NCBI GenBank assembly: GCA_038249055.1
Contig: JBBRWS010000001.1
Location: forward strand, 78,244 to 142,243
DNA: 64,000 nucleotides
From: Minisyncoccia bacterium
GTDB taxonomy: Bacteria; Patescibacteriota; Minisyncoccia; Phycocordibacterales; UBA9973
Reading direction: 5' to 3'
Both the position numbers and the translations under genes were made by a program. Below the pieces are notes generated by a model, which was given only the letters and a program-made list of their open reading frames with translations, ran no database searches and was not told the DNA's origin. Of the stretch, positions 40,774 through 50,802 are shown one piece after another. Within the stretch, counting starts at the first letter, position 1; each line of letters begins with the position of its first letter.

Positions 40774-41103
40774 ATGAAAGCTGTACGTTTTTACAAGAAT
40801 GATAGTTATGGAAAATTAACTTTTTCTGTAATTATTAACAAAGAAGAGTTTAGTAAAAAAGTTTCAAATTTTTCCAATCAAGCAATATTTTATTTTTTTG
40901 TTCTATGTGGTCTTGTGTCTTTCTTGACTGCTGGATACTGTGTGGAACAAATGAGTATGTCGTTTGATCAGTTTATCCTAATCGTTGCATTAGGTGCCAT
41001 TGGATCGATTCCTTTAATTATTCTCCATTGGGAGAAAGTTAAAGAATTGTTTGCAATTGCAAAGGAAAAAACAGAGGCATTAATTCTAAGAATTTTTGCT
41101 TAA
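40774..41103 (+). CDS. Hypothetical 2-TM protein
   Basis: TTGACA/TATACT promoter upstream, terminator downstream. Confidence 0.6.
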   Translation: MKAVRFYKNDSYGKLTFSVIINKEEFSKKVSNFSNQAIFYFFVLCGLVSFLTAGYCVEQMSMSFDQFILIVALGAIGSIPLIILHWEKVKELFAIAKEKTEALILRIFA

Positions 41104-41174
41104 AATAATTAAATTCGGCCCGATTCACTTATGTGTTTCGGGCTAAATTTTTATGTTATACTCTAAATATATGA

Positions 41175-41293
41175 TCCCGTTAGAGATGTGCATGTTATAT
41201 TATACGGGTAAGTTTGAATTATTTATAAAATTTATATTATTAACTAAAATTAATAAGATACGTCCCATCTAATGAGGGACTATCTCTAATGGG
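41175..41293 (+). mobile_element. Start-codon hairpin element before rsmI
   Basis: ATGA|TCCCGTTAGAGAT...ATCTCTAATGGG|ATGA. Confidence 0.8.
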
Positions 41294-41989
41294 ATGACAC
41301 AAGAAGAAACAGGAATTTTATATATAGTAGCAACTCCAATCGGTAATTTGGAAGATATCACTCTTCGGGCACTTCGCACTCTTAAAGAAGTGGATACTAT
41401 TCTTTGTGAAGATACTCGCACTACAAGAGTACTACTTAATAAATACGATATTCATACAAAGACAATGAGTTACAATGCTCATGCTACAGATAATAAGGAA
41501 TCAATAATTATTAAGATGTTGAAAGAAGGTAAAAATTTGGCCTTAGTGTCAGATGCAGGAACTCCGTGTATTTCTGATCCAGGTGTAATGCTTGTTGCCA
41601 ATGTAAAAAATGAACTAGGCGATGATGCCAAAGTAGTACCTATACCTGGACCAAGTGCTTTAGTCTCTGCATTATCTGCAAGTGGGGTATCATCAGCAGA
41701 ATTTGTTTTTCTTGGTTTTCTTCCTCATAAAAAAGGTAGAGAGACTTTGTTTAAAGAAATTGCGAATAGTAAAAGAGTAATAGTTTTTTATGAATCTACT
41801 CATCGTATTTTAAAAACGCTGTTATCTTTATCAAAACATGCACCAGAATTTAAAGTTGTTATAGGGAGGGAAATTACAAAGCAATTTGAGGAATTTGTGC
41901 AAGGTACACCTGCGGAAGTTTTAGAATATTTTACTGTGCATAATGATAAACAAAGAGGGGAATTTGTTGTGATTGTAGAGCCGAAATAA
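41294..41989 (+). CDS. rsmI: 16S rRNA (cytidine1402-2'-O)-methyltransferase
   Basis: LYIVATPIGNLEDIT, CEDTR, SDAGTPCISDPG, YESTHR, REITK. Confidence 0.96.
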   Translation: MTQEETGILYIVATPIGNLEDITLRALRTLKEVDTILCEDTRTTRVLLNKYDIHTKTMSYNAHATDNKESIIIKMLKEGKNLALVSDAGTPCISDPGVMLVANVKNELGDDAKVVPIPGPSALVSALSASGVSSAEFVFLGFLPHKKGRETLFKEIANSKRVIVFYESTHRILKTLLSLSKHAPEFKVVIGREITKQFEEFVQGTPAEVLEYFTVHNDKQRGEFVVIVEPK

Positions 41990-42015
41990 ATAATATATAA
42001 TGTAACAGTTATGAG

Positions 42016-42135
42016 TCCCGTTAGAAGCCGCGGTCACGGAGAGCGGGATATAAGATTATTGAATTATTAAAAAATTAATATTAAGCATGTTGTGTTTGTT
42101 ACCTATAATGGTGATCGCGACCTGCTTCTAACGGG
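42016..42135 (+). mobile_element. Start-codon hairpin element
   Basis: ATGAG|TCCCGTTAGAAGCCGCGGTCAC...GTGATCGCGACCTGCTTCTAACGGG|ATGAG. Confidence 0.9.
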
Positions 42136-42351
42136 ATGAGAAAAGAAAAAACATTATTTATTATAGGCTTATGGATTGTATTATTATCATTTTCAGGATT
42201 TTCACCTTTTGTGCGCAAGATCTTATTTTCGATTACAGGTTTAGCCATTATGTATCTAGCTTATTTATATTATTTAGAAGTTAAATTTCGTCTATCAAAA
42301 GATATAAATAATAGTAAAACATTTGTAGACAATATAGGAAGTAGTGAATAA
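42136..42351 (+). CDS. Small 2-TM membrane protein
   Basis: 71 aa; 2 nt from the next gene. Confidence 0.7.
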   Translation: MRKEKTLFIIGLWIVLLSFSGFSPFVRKILFSITGLAIMYLAYLYYLEVKFRLSKDINNSKTFVDNIGSSE

Positions 42352-42353
42352 CT

Positions 42354-43580
42354 ATGTCATTTAATAAAAATACAAAAAGATTTATTTTTATTGGCCTCGC
42401 AATTTTTGTTTGCGGGGTTATTGTTTATTATTTTTTATCAATGATTTATGGTAATGATATAAAATACGATATAAATCAAAATTTAATTAATAACAATGTT
42501 GGTGTATTAAAAAGTGATGTAGAAGATTTAAAAGAGAAAAATTTAATAGAAGAAAATCTTAAAGAGATAGTTCCGGTTACTCACATAGAAACCCCGAAAC
42601 AAGTAAAATCTCTCTATATGTCTGGCTGGGTTGCGGGGTCTAAAGATTTTGTTACGTCTCTAATAAAAATAGTAGATGAAACAGAACTCAATGCTGTTGT
42701 AATAGACATTAAAGATTCTACTGGTCGTCTTAGTTTTCAAATAGATGAGCCTAGTATACAAAAAATTGGAAGTGCCGAAAATCGAATTAAAGATGTAAAA
42801 GCACTTACTGCATTACTTCATTCTAAAAATATTTATATTATAGGAAGAATTTCAACATTTCAAGATCCATATCTAACAAAATTAAAACCAGAATGGGCAA
42901 TAAAGAAAAGTAGTAATGGTGAAGTTTGGAAAGACAGAAAAGGGCTATCTTTTCTTGATCCGACAAATAAGGAGGTACATAAATATCTTGTGTCTATTGC
43001 TTTAAGTTCTTATGAATTAGGGTTTGATGAAATGAATTTTGATTATATAAGATATCCTTCCGATGGTAATATGAAAGATATAAATTATAATTTAAAAAAT
43101 GGTGATACGAGATCTGATAATATGGAAAAGTTTTTTAAGTATCTCAGAGATGAAATTAAAAAAGATATAGATATTCCCATATCAGCTGATCTTTTTGGTT
43201 TAACAACAGAAGCAGATGGTGATATGGGAATAGGTCAATTATGGGAAAAAACTATTCCGTACTTTGATTTCGTTTGTCCCATGGTATATCCATCACATTA
43301 TCCTAGTGGATATTCTGGATATAAAAATCCATCACTTTATCCTTATGAAGTTGTAAATAAAGCTCTAGCAAGTGCTGTAGTTAAAACAAAAGCTATTAAC
43401 GAAGATATTTCTAAAATACGTCCCTGGTTACAGGATTTTGATTTAGGTGCTACTTATACCAAGGAGATGATGAGGGCTCAAATGAAGGCAACTTACGACA
43501 ATGGATTAAATTCTTGGATGTTATGGGACCCAAGCAATAAATATACTCCTTCTGCATTAAAACTTGAAACTATTAATTAA
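42354..43580 (+). CDS. Putative glycoside hydrolase (DUF4015-like)
   Basis: NAVVIDIKD, FQDP, GFDEMNFDYIRYP, PMVYPSHY, RPWLQDF. Confidence 0.85.
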   Translation: MSFNKNTKRFIFIGLAIFVCGVIVYYFLSMIYGNDIKYDINQNLINNNVGVLKSDVEDLKEKNLIEENLKEIVPVTHIETPKQVKSLYMSGWVAGSKDFVTSLIKIVDETELNAVVIDIKDSTGRLSFQIDEPSIQKIGSAENRIKDVKALTALLHSKNIYIIGRISTFQDPYLTKLKPEWAIKKSSNGEVWKDRKGLSFLDPTNKEVHKYLVSIALSSYELGFDEMNFDYIRYPSDGNMKDINYNLKNGDTRSDNMEKFFKYLRDEIKKDIDIPISADLFGLTTEADGDMGIGQLWEKTIPYFDFVCPMVYPSHYPSGYSGYKNPSLYPYEVVNKALASAVVKTKAINEDISKIRPWLQDFDLGATYTKEMMRAQMKATYDNGLNSWMLWDPSNKYTPSALKLETIN

Positions 43581-43600
43581 TTTTGTAATAATAAGAAAAG

Positions 43601-44824
43601 ATGAATAAAAATATTAATTTAAAAAAGTTAGGTTATGTAATAATTTTTCTCCTTGTTATTTTGGGTTTTTTGGGTTTTGGTGTTTATATTGGATATTCTC
43701 AAAGACCTGAAATAGAAAAAATTTCTTCTATAGTGAATAAAGAAACACAAGTAGAGACAGGAGCCGATTTTAGTGCTTTTTGGAAGGTATGGAATATATT
43801 AAATGAAAAATCAATATATGCTGAAAAAACAAAAGATCAAGACCGTGTTTGGGGAGCTATATCTGGTCTAGCATCATCAATGGGAGATCCTTATACAGTA
43901 TTTTTCCCACCCAAAGAGAATAAATCCTTTAATGAAGAAATATTGGGTTCTTTTGAGGGGATAGGGGCTGAAATAGGGATAAAAGATAAAATACTTACAA
44001 TTATTGCCCCTCTAAAAGATACTCCAGCGTTTAGATCTGGGTTAAAAGCTGGAGATAAAGTCATAAAAATTAATAACACTACTACACTTGGGATGACAAT
44101 AGATGAAGCTATTGATTTGATTCATGGGCCAGGTGGAACTAATGTTACCATTGTTGTTCTTCGTCCAGGAGAAAAAGAAACAAGAGAATTTATTATAAAA
44201 AGAGAAACAATTCAGATTCCTACGTTAGATACAGAATTGAGAGATGATGGAATATTTGTTATTAAACTCTATAGTTTTTCGGAAAACTCAGACAATTTAT
44301 TTAAAGATGCGATTATTAAATTCATAGATGCAAAATCTAGTAAATTAGTATTAGATTTAAGAGGTAATCCAGGAGGATACTTGGGTTCCGCTGTAAATAT
44401 TGCGTCATGGTTTATAGATGAAGGTAAGACCATATTAATTGAAGATTCTGCGGATGGAAGTAAACCCAAAATTTATAGAAGTCATGGGCCAAGACTGTTC
44501 AATGAAAATCTTTCATTTGTTGTATTAGTAGATGGTGGTTCAGCTTCTGCTTCTGAAATATTAGCTGGTGCACTCAAGGAACATGGGATTGCAACTTTGG
44601 TTGGAGAAAAAACTTTTGGTAAGGGTTCTGTTCAAGAACTTATAAAAATAACAGAAGATACTTCTCTTAAGGTTACAGTGGCCAATTGGCTTACACCAAA
44701 CGGAGTTTCTATATCATTATCTGGACTTGAGCCTGATGTAAAAATCCCATATACTTCAAAAGATGCAGAATCAAAAAAAGATCCACAAATGGATAAAGCA
44801 ATTGAAATATTAAATGCTAAATAG
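43601..44824 (+). CDS. ctpA: C-terminal processing protease (S41)
   Basis: DPYT, PDZ GIGA, DLRGNPGG, SASASE, TFGKG. Confidence 0.93.
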   Translation: MNKNINLKKLGYVIIFLLVILGFLGFGVYIGYSQRPEIEKISSIVNKETQVETGADFSAFWKVWNILNEKSIYAEKTKDQDRVWGAISGLASSMGDPYTVFFPPKENKSFNEEILGSFEGIGAEIGIKDKILTIIAPLKDTPAFRSGLKAGDKVIKINNTTTLGMTIDEAIDLIHGPGGTNVTIVVLRPGEKETREFIIKRETIQIPTLDTELRDDGIFVIKLYSFSENSDNLFKDAIIKFIDAKSSKLVLDLRGNPGGYLGSAVNIASWFIDEGKTILIEDSADGSKPKIYRSHGPRLFNENLSFVVLVDGGSASASEILAGALKEHGIATLVGEKTFGKGSVQELIKITEDTSLKVTVANWLTPNGVSISLSGLEPDVKIPYTSKDAESKKDPQMDKAIEILNAK

Positions 44825-44843
44825 AAGTTTAATGGAGAATGAA

Positions 44844-44961
44844 TCCTGTTAGAATCTACGGTCACGGTTTTGATGGGATAAATAAATATTACTAGTTTAA
44901 TATAAAATAAGTAGAGCGTTGTTATTTATAAAATAATGACCGCGACCTGCTTCTAAACGGG
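44844..44961 (+). mobile_element. Start-codon hairpin element before rplI
   Basis: ATGAA|TCCTGTTAGAATCTACGGTCA...TGACCGCGACCTGCTTCTAAACGGG|ATGAA. Confidence 0.88.
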
Positions 44962-45402
44962 ATGAAAGTTATTTTACTTACAGATATACCAAAGATTGGT
45001 AATAAATATGATGTTAAAGATTTTAAAGAAGGTTATGCTCAAAATGTACTTTTAGCTAAAGGATTGGCTTGCCTTGCTACTAAATCAGAACTCGCAAAGA
45101 TTGAAGACAGAAAAAAACAATTAAATAAGAAAAAAGAAGAAGAAATAGAATCTTTCAAAAATTTAATCTCATCTGTAGGTGGTAAAATTATTAAAATAAA
45201 AGCAAAAGCAAATGAGAAAGGTCATTTATTTAAGGCAGTTGGACCTCATGATGTAGTTTTGGCGATTAAAGAAATAACGGGAATTGAAATTAGTGAAAAC
45301 TCCATAAAAATGGACCATATTAAAGTTCTTGGACAGCATTCTGTTTCAATAAAAAAAGGCGATATGAAAGGGGAGTGTGGAATAGTTATTGAGGCTATTT
45401 AA
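44962..45402 (+). CDS. rplI: 50S ribosomal protein L9
   Basis: MKVILLTDI..IG...GYAQNVL..KGLA; IKVLG. Confidence 0.92.
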   Translation: MKVILLTDIPKIGNKYDVKDFKEGYAQNVLLAKGLACLATKSELAKIEDRKKQLNKKKEEEIESFKNLISSVGGKIIKIKAKANEKGHLFKAVGPHDVVLAIKEITGIEISENSIKMDHIKVLGQHSVSIKKGDMKGECGIVIEAI

Positions 45403-45440
45403 AATAAAAACCCCTAAGACCAGGGTCTGAGGGGTTTTTA

Positions 45441-45713
45441 TTATATAACGTGAACGATTTTCTTAACTGAAGATGTTCTATTGAAATTTACTTTTCTTTT
45501 AGTTCCAAATTTAACTTTTCCTTCTTTAAGAGCAAATAGAGTATGGTCTTTACCAAGTCCTACATTAGTTCCAGGTAGAATTCTAGTTCCACGTTGACGT
45601 ATGATAATTGATCCTGCTTTAGCTTGTTCTCCAGCATAAAGTTTCGTACCGAGGTACTTTGGATTTGAGTCTTTTAAGTTTTTAGCCGAACCTCCGGCCT
45701 TCCTATGTGCCAT
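45441..45713 (-). CDS. rpmA: 50S ribosomal protein L27
   Basis: [26 protein letters not shown]. Confidence 0.97.
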   Translation of the reverse strand: MAHRKAGGSAKNLKDSNPKYLGTKLYAGEQAKAGSIIIRQRGTRILPGTNVGLGKDHTLFALKEGKVKFGTKRKVNFNRTSSVKKIVHVI

Positions 45714-45764
45714 ATATTATTATTGCTAATCAGTAGCCAATTTATTAATTATAATCAAGTAAGT

Positions 45765-46163
45765 ATGAGTATACCTAATATTATCTATAAAATCAAGAGG
45801 AAGAGTGGTATTGACATAAACTCTATTATGTTTCTTCTTATAATAGTGGGGGTGGGGATAGGTTCCTTTGGTTTAGGTAGAATGTCTGTTAATACTACCA
45901 TTAGTGAAGGAGTTAATAATGAGTCAAATATTTCAGAAAAAGATAAAAATATTGAAAATATAAGTGATGATGGTATTATAATTTCAGCAGTTCCATTAAT
46001 ACAAACTAGAGAAAAGAGGTATGTAGCTTCAAAAAATGGTAAAATATATTATAGTATTGGATGTAGTGGTATAAGTCGAATTAAATTAGAGAATCAAATT
46101 TGGTTTAGTACAAAAGAAGATGCAGAAAAGTCTGGATATACCTTATCTACAACATGTCATTAA
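45765..46163 (+). CDS. Membrane-anchored protein with Ada metal-binding-like domain
   Basis: YVASKNGKIYY..GC...F.TKEDAEKSGY; start moved to ATG 45765. Confidence 0.7.
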   Translation: MSIPNIIYKIKRKSGIDINSIMFLLIIVGVGIGSFGLGRMSVNTTISEGVNNESNISEKDKNIENISDDGIIISAVPLIQTREKRYVASKNGKIYYSIGCSGISRIKLENQIWFSTKEDAEKSGYTLSTTCH

Positions 46164-46181
46164 TAAACATACATATATGAA

Positions 46182-46302
46182 TCCCGTTAGAAGCCGCGGT
46201 CGCAGTGTATTTATTATAATGTTGTAAATATTATTAATTATTTTTTGAAGTAGAGTCAGTGAGTTAATTTTTAAAATTGACCGCTACCTGCTTCTAAACG
46301 GG
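46182..46302 (+). mobile_element. Start-codon hairpin element
   Basis: ATGAA|TCCCGTTAGAAGCCGCGGTCG...TGACCGCTACCTGCTTCTAAACGGG|ATGAA. Confidence 0.9.
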
Positions 46303-47199
46303 ATGAAATTATTTTATAAAATTTGTATAGTCGCATCATTAGCTTTATCAATCTTTGTTGCCAGAGATGATATTCTTTCTGTCGTAAATAATTTCTCCTC
46401 TTATATAAAAAAGGATATTGAAGAACCAATAATTACATTAGAAGAAAAAAAAGAAATTCAATTAACGGAAAAGGTTGATATGCCGGGAGCTCTTCGTGTA
46501 GTAGTGGATGATATAATTAATGGCAATATTAAATTATCTGGAAGTAATATAATAAAATTCACAAATAAATATAGGAATGAAAATGGTGCCTTAGCTCCAC
46601 TAAGTGAAAATCAAAAATTAAATATCTCTGCAGAAAATAAATTACAAGATATGTTTAATGGTCAGTATTTTGAGCATATATCTCCAAGTGGTGTTGCAGT
46701 CGGAGACTTAGGTGATCAAGTTGGCTATGAATATATCCTAATTGGCGAGAATTTGGCCTTAGGTAATTTTAAAGATGATTTAGCTTTAGTTGATGCATGG
46801 ATGGCAAGTCCTGGTCATAGAGCCAATATCTTGAATGAACATTATACTGAAATTGGAGTTGCTGTTGGTAAAGGTGTTTTTGAAGGCAAAAGTGTTTGGA
46901 TCTCTGTTCAGCATTTTGGTACACCAAGAAGTGTTTGTCCTCCTGTAGACCAAGTTCTTTATGGAATAATTGACATAAACCAAAATCAAATAAAAATAAT
47001 GGAAGATAGTCTTGCTCTAAGTAAAGAGAAAATAGACAAAATGGCCATATTTGAAGGGAATACCTATTTTGAACAAGTTAAACAATATAATAGTTTTATA
47101 GAAATTTATAATAAATTAATTGCGGAAACAAAAGAAAAAATAATTGATTATAATAATCAGGTGAGGGATTTTAATCTTTGCTTATTGAACTATAAATAA
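46303..47199 (+). CDS. CAP/SCP-domain secreted protein
   Basis: YFEHISP, GENLA, WMASPGHRANIL, VQHFG. Confidence 0.9.
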   Translation: MKLFYKICIVASLALSIFVARDDILSVVNNFSSYIKKDIEEPIITLEEKKEIQLTEKVDMPGALRVVVDDIINGNIKLSGSNIIKFTNKYRNENGALAPLSENQKLNISAENKLQDMFNGQYFEHISPSGVAVGDLGDQVGYEYILIGENLALGNFKDDLALVDAWMASPGHRANILNEHYTEIGVAVGKGVFEGKSVWISVQHFGTPRSVCPPVDQVLYGIIDINQNQIKIMEDSLALSKEKIDKMAIFEGNTYFEQVKQYNSFIEIYNKLIAETKEKIIDYNNQVRDFNLCLLNYK

Positions 47200-47362
47200 T
47201 TTTGGTTATTTGTAGTTGGGGGAGTGTTTTTTATCCTATTTAAGTGTTGATAAAAAATATGATAGAGTGTCGCACAATATATCTTTTACGACACTTAATC
47301 TTAAAATATAGTTATATATTACTTATATTCTTTAAAATATAATTTTTACTCACCCTTTATCT

Positions 47363-47956
47363 TTATTCTAAATTGTTTTCACTTATTATTAATTCTAGTT
47401 CCACTTCATCCGTAAATAAATATGATTTAATCCCCACTTCACTTGCAGCTAATAAATTTTTTTCTTGATCATCAAAATAAATACAATCTTCTGGATTAAG
47501 ATTATTTTCAGAAAGTATCAATTGCCATGCTCTTGTGTCTGGCTTAATAAACCCCGTTTTCCACGAAAAATACACCTTATCGGCGGATTCATGTATCCAT
47601 TGATAATTATTGTAATATTCAGATCTTTCTTTGAAGTTATTGGACAGTATGAATACTTTAATACCACTAGAACGCAATTTTGAGGCGTATTGTATCATTT
47701 GTTCCGATGGTATTTCTGACTTAAACCAATAATCCCAAAATTCTGATTCAGAAAATTTCAAATTCAATTCTTCAAAAAATGGTTTCCAGTATTCAAATGT
47801 AGGTCTTGCTTTGGGTTTTCGGACTGCTTCCATAATTTCGTTTAATTTTATTTTAAAAATTTCAGCATCAATATGAAAGTCCTTCTCAAACCTATCACTA
47901 AGTTTAGGGCTTTGTAAAAATATTCCATTTAAATCAAATATTACTGCTTTTATCAT
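47363..47956 (-). CDS. HAD-superfamily hydrolase
   Basis: IFDLNG, LSN, KPD, FDD. Confidence 0.88.
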   Translation of the reverse strand: MIKAVIFDLNGIFLQSPKLSDRFEKDFHIDAEIFKIKLNEIMEAVRKPKARPTFEYWKPFFEELNLKFSESEFWDYWFKSEIPSEQMIQYASKLRSSGIKVFILSNNFKERSEYYNNYQWIHESADKVYFSWKTGFIKPDTRAWQLILSENNLNPEDCIYFDDQEKNLLAASEVGIKSYLFTDEVELELIISENNLE

Positions 47957-47964
47957 ATTTTTTA

Positions 47965-48198
47965 TTATCTTAGATTATCAATACTTCCAGCATCTTTTAC
48001 TTTTTTAAATCCAAAATTTTCCATTAGTTGTTTAGCCATCATCGATCTGTTTCCAGATTCACAATATAAAAACATTTCTTTATTTTTGTCAATATCTGGG
48101 TAAATACCTTCCATCATACTCATAATGTCGTGATGAATTGCTCCGTCTATATGTTCTCGTTCAAACTCCCCTTTTGTTCTCACATCAATTAAAATCAT
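47965..48198 (-). CDS. Rhodanese-like protein
   Basis: IDVRT, HIDGA, YCESGNRS. Confidence 0.9.
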   Translation of the reverse strand: MILIDVRTKGEFEREHIDGAIHHDIMSMMEGIYPDIDKNKEMFLYCESGNRSMMAKQLMENFGFKKVKDAGSIDNLR

Positions 48199-48262
48199 TT
48201 TTGATTATTTTAGCGAAACAAATTATTTTTATTCGAATTTGTTTCATCTGTTTTATTAGTAA

Positions 48263-49417
48263 TTACTTTTTTCTTTTTTCTAAATATTTTTTATTTTTTA
48301 ATTTTTCTGGTAATAAATTATTATTTGTATATTTTTCATAATTTTTACCATAACCAAGTTCTTTGTTAAATTTAGTTGTAGGGTTACGAATATCAAGTGG
48401 AATTGATAAATTACCATATTTTTTAACATCCTCTAATGCCAGTAAATAAGCATTATATGCGCTCCTATCCTTTGGGGCCTGAGATAGATAAACTACTCCA
48501 TGTGCGAGGTTTATAGCACATTCTGGCATACCTATAGTCTCAATAGCACGAAAGACATCATTAGCAACAACTAATGCTGTAGGAAGAGCCAATCCAATGT
48601 CTTCTGAAGCAAATATAACCATACGTCTTGCAATAAATTTTGGATCTTCTCCAGATTCAAGCATTCTTGCTAAATAGTATAGAGCAGCGTCTGGTTGGCT
48701 TGCTCGCATACTTTTTATAAATGCACTTATTGTATTGTAATGTTCATCACCTTTTTTATCATATCGAAGAAATTTTGATTGAAGAGTATTTTTAAAATTT
48801 TCAATATTAATTTCTTTATATAAAGAAATAGTATTTTCAATCATCGCGATTGCTTGTCTTGCGTCACCTTGGGCCATAGAGATAAGCCAATCAGACGCAT
48901 CTTTTTTTATTTTATACCCAGTCCTTTTTATTATTTTTCGCATGTCTTCATTTGAAAATTCTTCCAAAATAAAAACTCTACATCTTGAAAGTAAAGCAGG
49001 AATAACCTCAAAGCTTGGATTTTCTGTTGTTGCACCAATTAATACAAGTCTACCACTTTCAACATAAGGAAGTAAAAAATCTTGTTGAGCTTTATTGAAA
49101 CGATGTATTTCGTCAAGAAAAAGAATTTTAGGACCTAAAAGAGTACCACTTCCACTTGGAGAAGAATTAAGTATTTGACGAATGTCTTCTTTACCGGCAG
49201 AAACTGCAGAAAGCTCGTGGTAGTCAGCATTTAGTGATTTTGCATAAATCTTAGCAAGAGTTGTTTTTCCTACTCCAGGTGGCCCCCAAAGAATAAATGA
49301 AAATATATGTTTTTCTGAAATAGCAATAGAAATAGGCTTATTAGGACCAACCAGATGTTCTTGGCCAATAAATTCAGTTAATTTTTGAGGTCTAATTTTT
49401 GAAGCTAATGGTTCCAT
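48263..49417 (-). CDS. rarA: Replication-associated recombination protein A
   Basis: GPPGVGKT, DEIHRFNKAQQD, ATTENPSF, SAFIKSMR, ASEDIG. Confidence 0.96.
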   Translation of the reverse strand: MEPLASKIRPQKLTEFIGQEHLVGPNKPISIAISEKHIFSFILWGPPGVGKTTLAKIYAKSLNADYHELSAVSAGKEDIRQILNSSPSGSGTLLGPKILFLDEIHRFNKAQQDFLLPYVESGRLVLIGATTENPSFEVIPALLSRCRVFILEEFSNEDMRKIIKRTGYKIKKDASDWLISMAQGDARQAIAMIENTISLYKEINIENFKNTLQSKFLRYDKKGDEHYNTISAFIKSMRASQPDAALYYLARMLESGEDPKFIARRMVIFASEDIGLALPTALVVANDVFRAIETIGMPECAINLAHGVVYLSQAPKDRSAYNAYLLALEDVKKYGNLSIPLDIRNPTTKFNKELGYGKNYEKYTNNNLLPEKLKNKKYLEKRKK

Positions 49418-49507
49418 GTGTCTGTATTATAGCTTTATAATGTTATAAATTCCACTTAAATAATAAAACCCCCCAATTTTAAAATCGAGGGGGTTTTATT
49501 ATTTTAA

Positions 49508-49762
49508 TTAAATATTTTGAAGTTCTTGATCTATCGGTAACATGTCTGTATCACTAGTATCAGTTACATCAATATTATTCAAACTCGTATTTATAGATGT
49601 TGTGGAATCTGATACAACTGCAGTATTTAATTCAGTTTCTGTCTGAGTTAATACTTTTTCAGGTTCTGTTTTTTTACTACTATTTTTTATTAAAATTGTA
49701 GCCATAACCCCAACGATAATAATAACTATTATCGTCACTATTAAATTATTTTTTTTATCCAT
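49508..49762 (-). CDS. Small membrane-anchored protein
   Basis: N-terminal TM; follows the 49774 gene; terminator downstream. Confidence 0.65.
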   Translation of the reverse strand: MDKKNNLIVTIIVIIIVGVMATILIKNSSKKTEPEKVLTQTETELNTAVVSDSTTSINTSLNNIDVTDTSDTDMLPIDQELQNI

Positions 49763-49773
49763 ATAATAAATTT

Positions 49774-50610
49774 TTAGTTGTTATTTGTAGTATTATCATT
49801 TTCGACCACATTAGAAATTTCATCTTCATCAACTCTTGGAACTTTTGCAAGTGTTGTAGCGGTATCCCTTACCGCAGTGTGTGCTAATTTTATTTTTTCA
49901 TTTAGAGCTTTTATATCAGAGCCAAATGTGTCTCTTAGTTTTTTCATTTCAGTCCTAAGTGAGGACTCATCTGTTATAGTCTTTGATATTGAATAAGTTT
50001 TACTTATTTGTTTTTGTATTTCTGATCTAGCTAATTCAATAGCCTTTTCCGCAGATACTAATTTTGAGGATATTTCGGATACATTTAAAATTTTATTTTC
50101 AGCTTTAGAGATTCGTGAATTTATACTAAAAAGTACATTTTCTATTTGATTTATTTTTTCAGTAAGTTGATCTGTTCTTTTTATATTTAATTCCTCTATG
50201 TTGCTTACAATTTTTTCGGCAGAAATTTTCTTTTTCTCATCTTTTATTTTTGTAAGACCTTCTCTTAGTTTATTTTTTAGTTCTTCAAATTTTAATTTTG
50301 ATTCTTCTTTTTTTAGTTCTAATTCTTTTTTAAATTCCTCACGTTTTAACTTTGTTTGTTGCATCATTTGCTCTATTTTGATTTTATACATTTCCCTTTT
50401 TGATTCCAATTCATCTCTCATATTTTTTGCTTCATTTTTTGCTGCTTCCATTGCTTGTTCACGTTTTATTTTATTTTCTTCTCTGTTTAAATTATTATTC
50501 AACTGAGTATCTTCAGGTGTGTTGTTATCCTCGGCGGAAGCTATAAAACCAAAAATCAAAGATAATATTATGACAATTGACGATATACTATATTTTATAT
50601 TTTTTCTCAT
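49774..50610 (-). CDS. Secreted coiled-coil protein
   Basis: Signal peptide and long K/E-rich heptads. Confidence 0.75.
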   Translation of the reverse strand: MRKNIKYSISSIVIILSLIFGFIASAEDNNTPEDTQLNNNLNREENKIKREQAMEAAKNEAKNMRDELESKREMYKIKIEQMMQQTKLKREEFKKELELKKEESKLKFEELKNKLREGLTKIKDEKKKISAEKIVSNIEELNIKRTDQLTEKINQIENVLFSINSRISKAENKILNVSEISSKLVSAEKAIELARSEIQKQISKTYSISKTITDESSLRTEMKKLRDTFGSDIKALNEKIKLAHTAVRDTATTLAKVPRVDEDEISNVVENDNTTNNN

Positions 50611-50719
50611 TGTTTTTTGAAGTAAATTACATATTATATATATAATTTACAAGATTAAATTTATAAATTAAAATTAAATTTTTTATTTCATTATTAACTG
50701 CGACCGTATTCATAATGAA
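50611..50719 (-). mobile_element. Decayed start-codon element
   Basis: GTGAG|TTCATTATGAATACGGTCGCAGT...TGTAATTTACTTCAAAAAACA|ATGAG; right arm differs from consensus mostly by C>T/G>A. Confidence 0.55.
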
Positions 50720-50802
50720 CTCACTATATAATTGTAAACTATTTATTCAGTAAATCAAATAAAGACCCCTTATAAAAAATATATTTTATAAGGGGTCTTT
50801 AT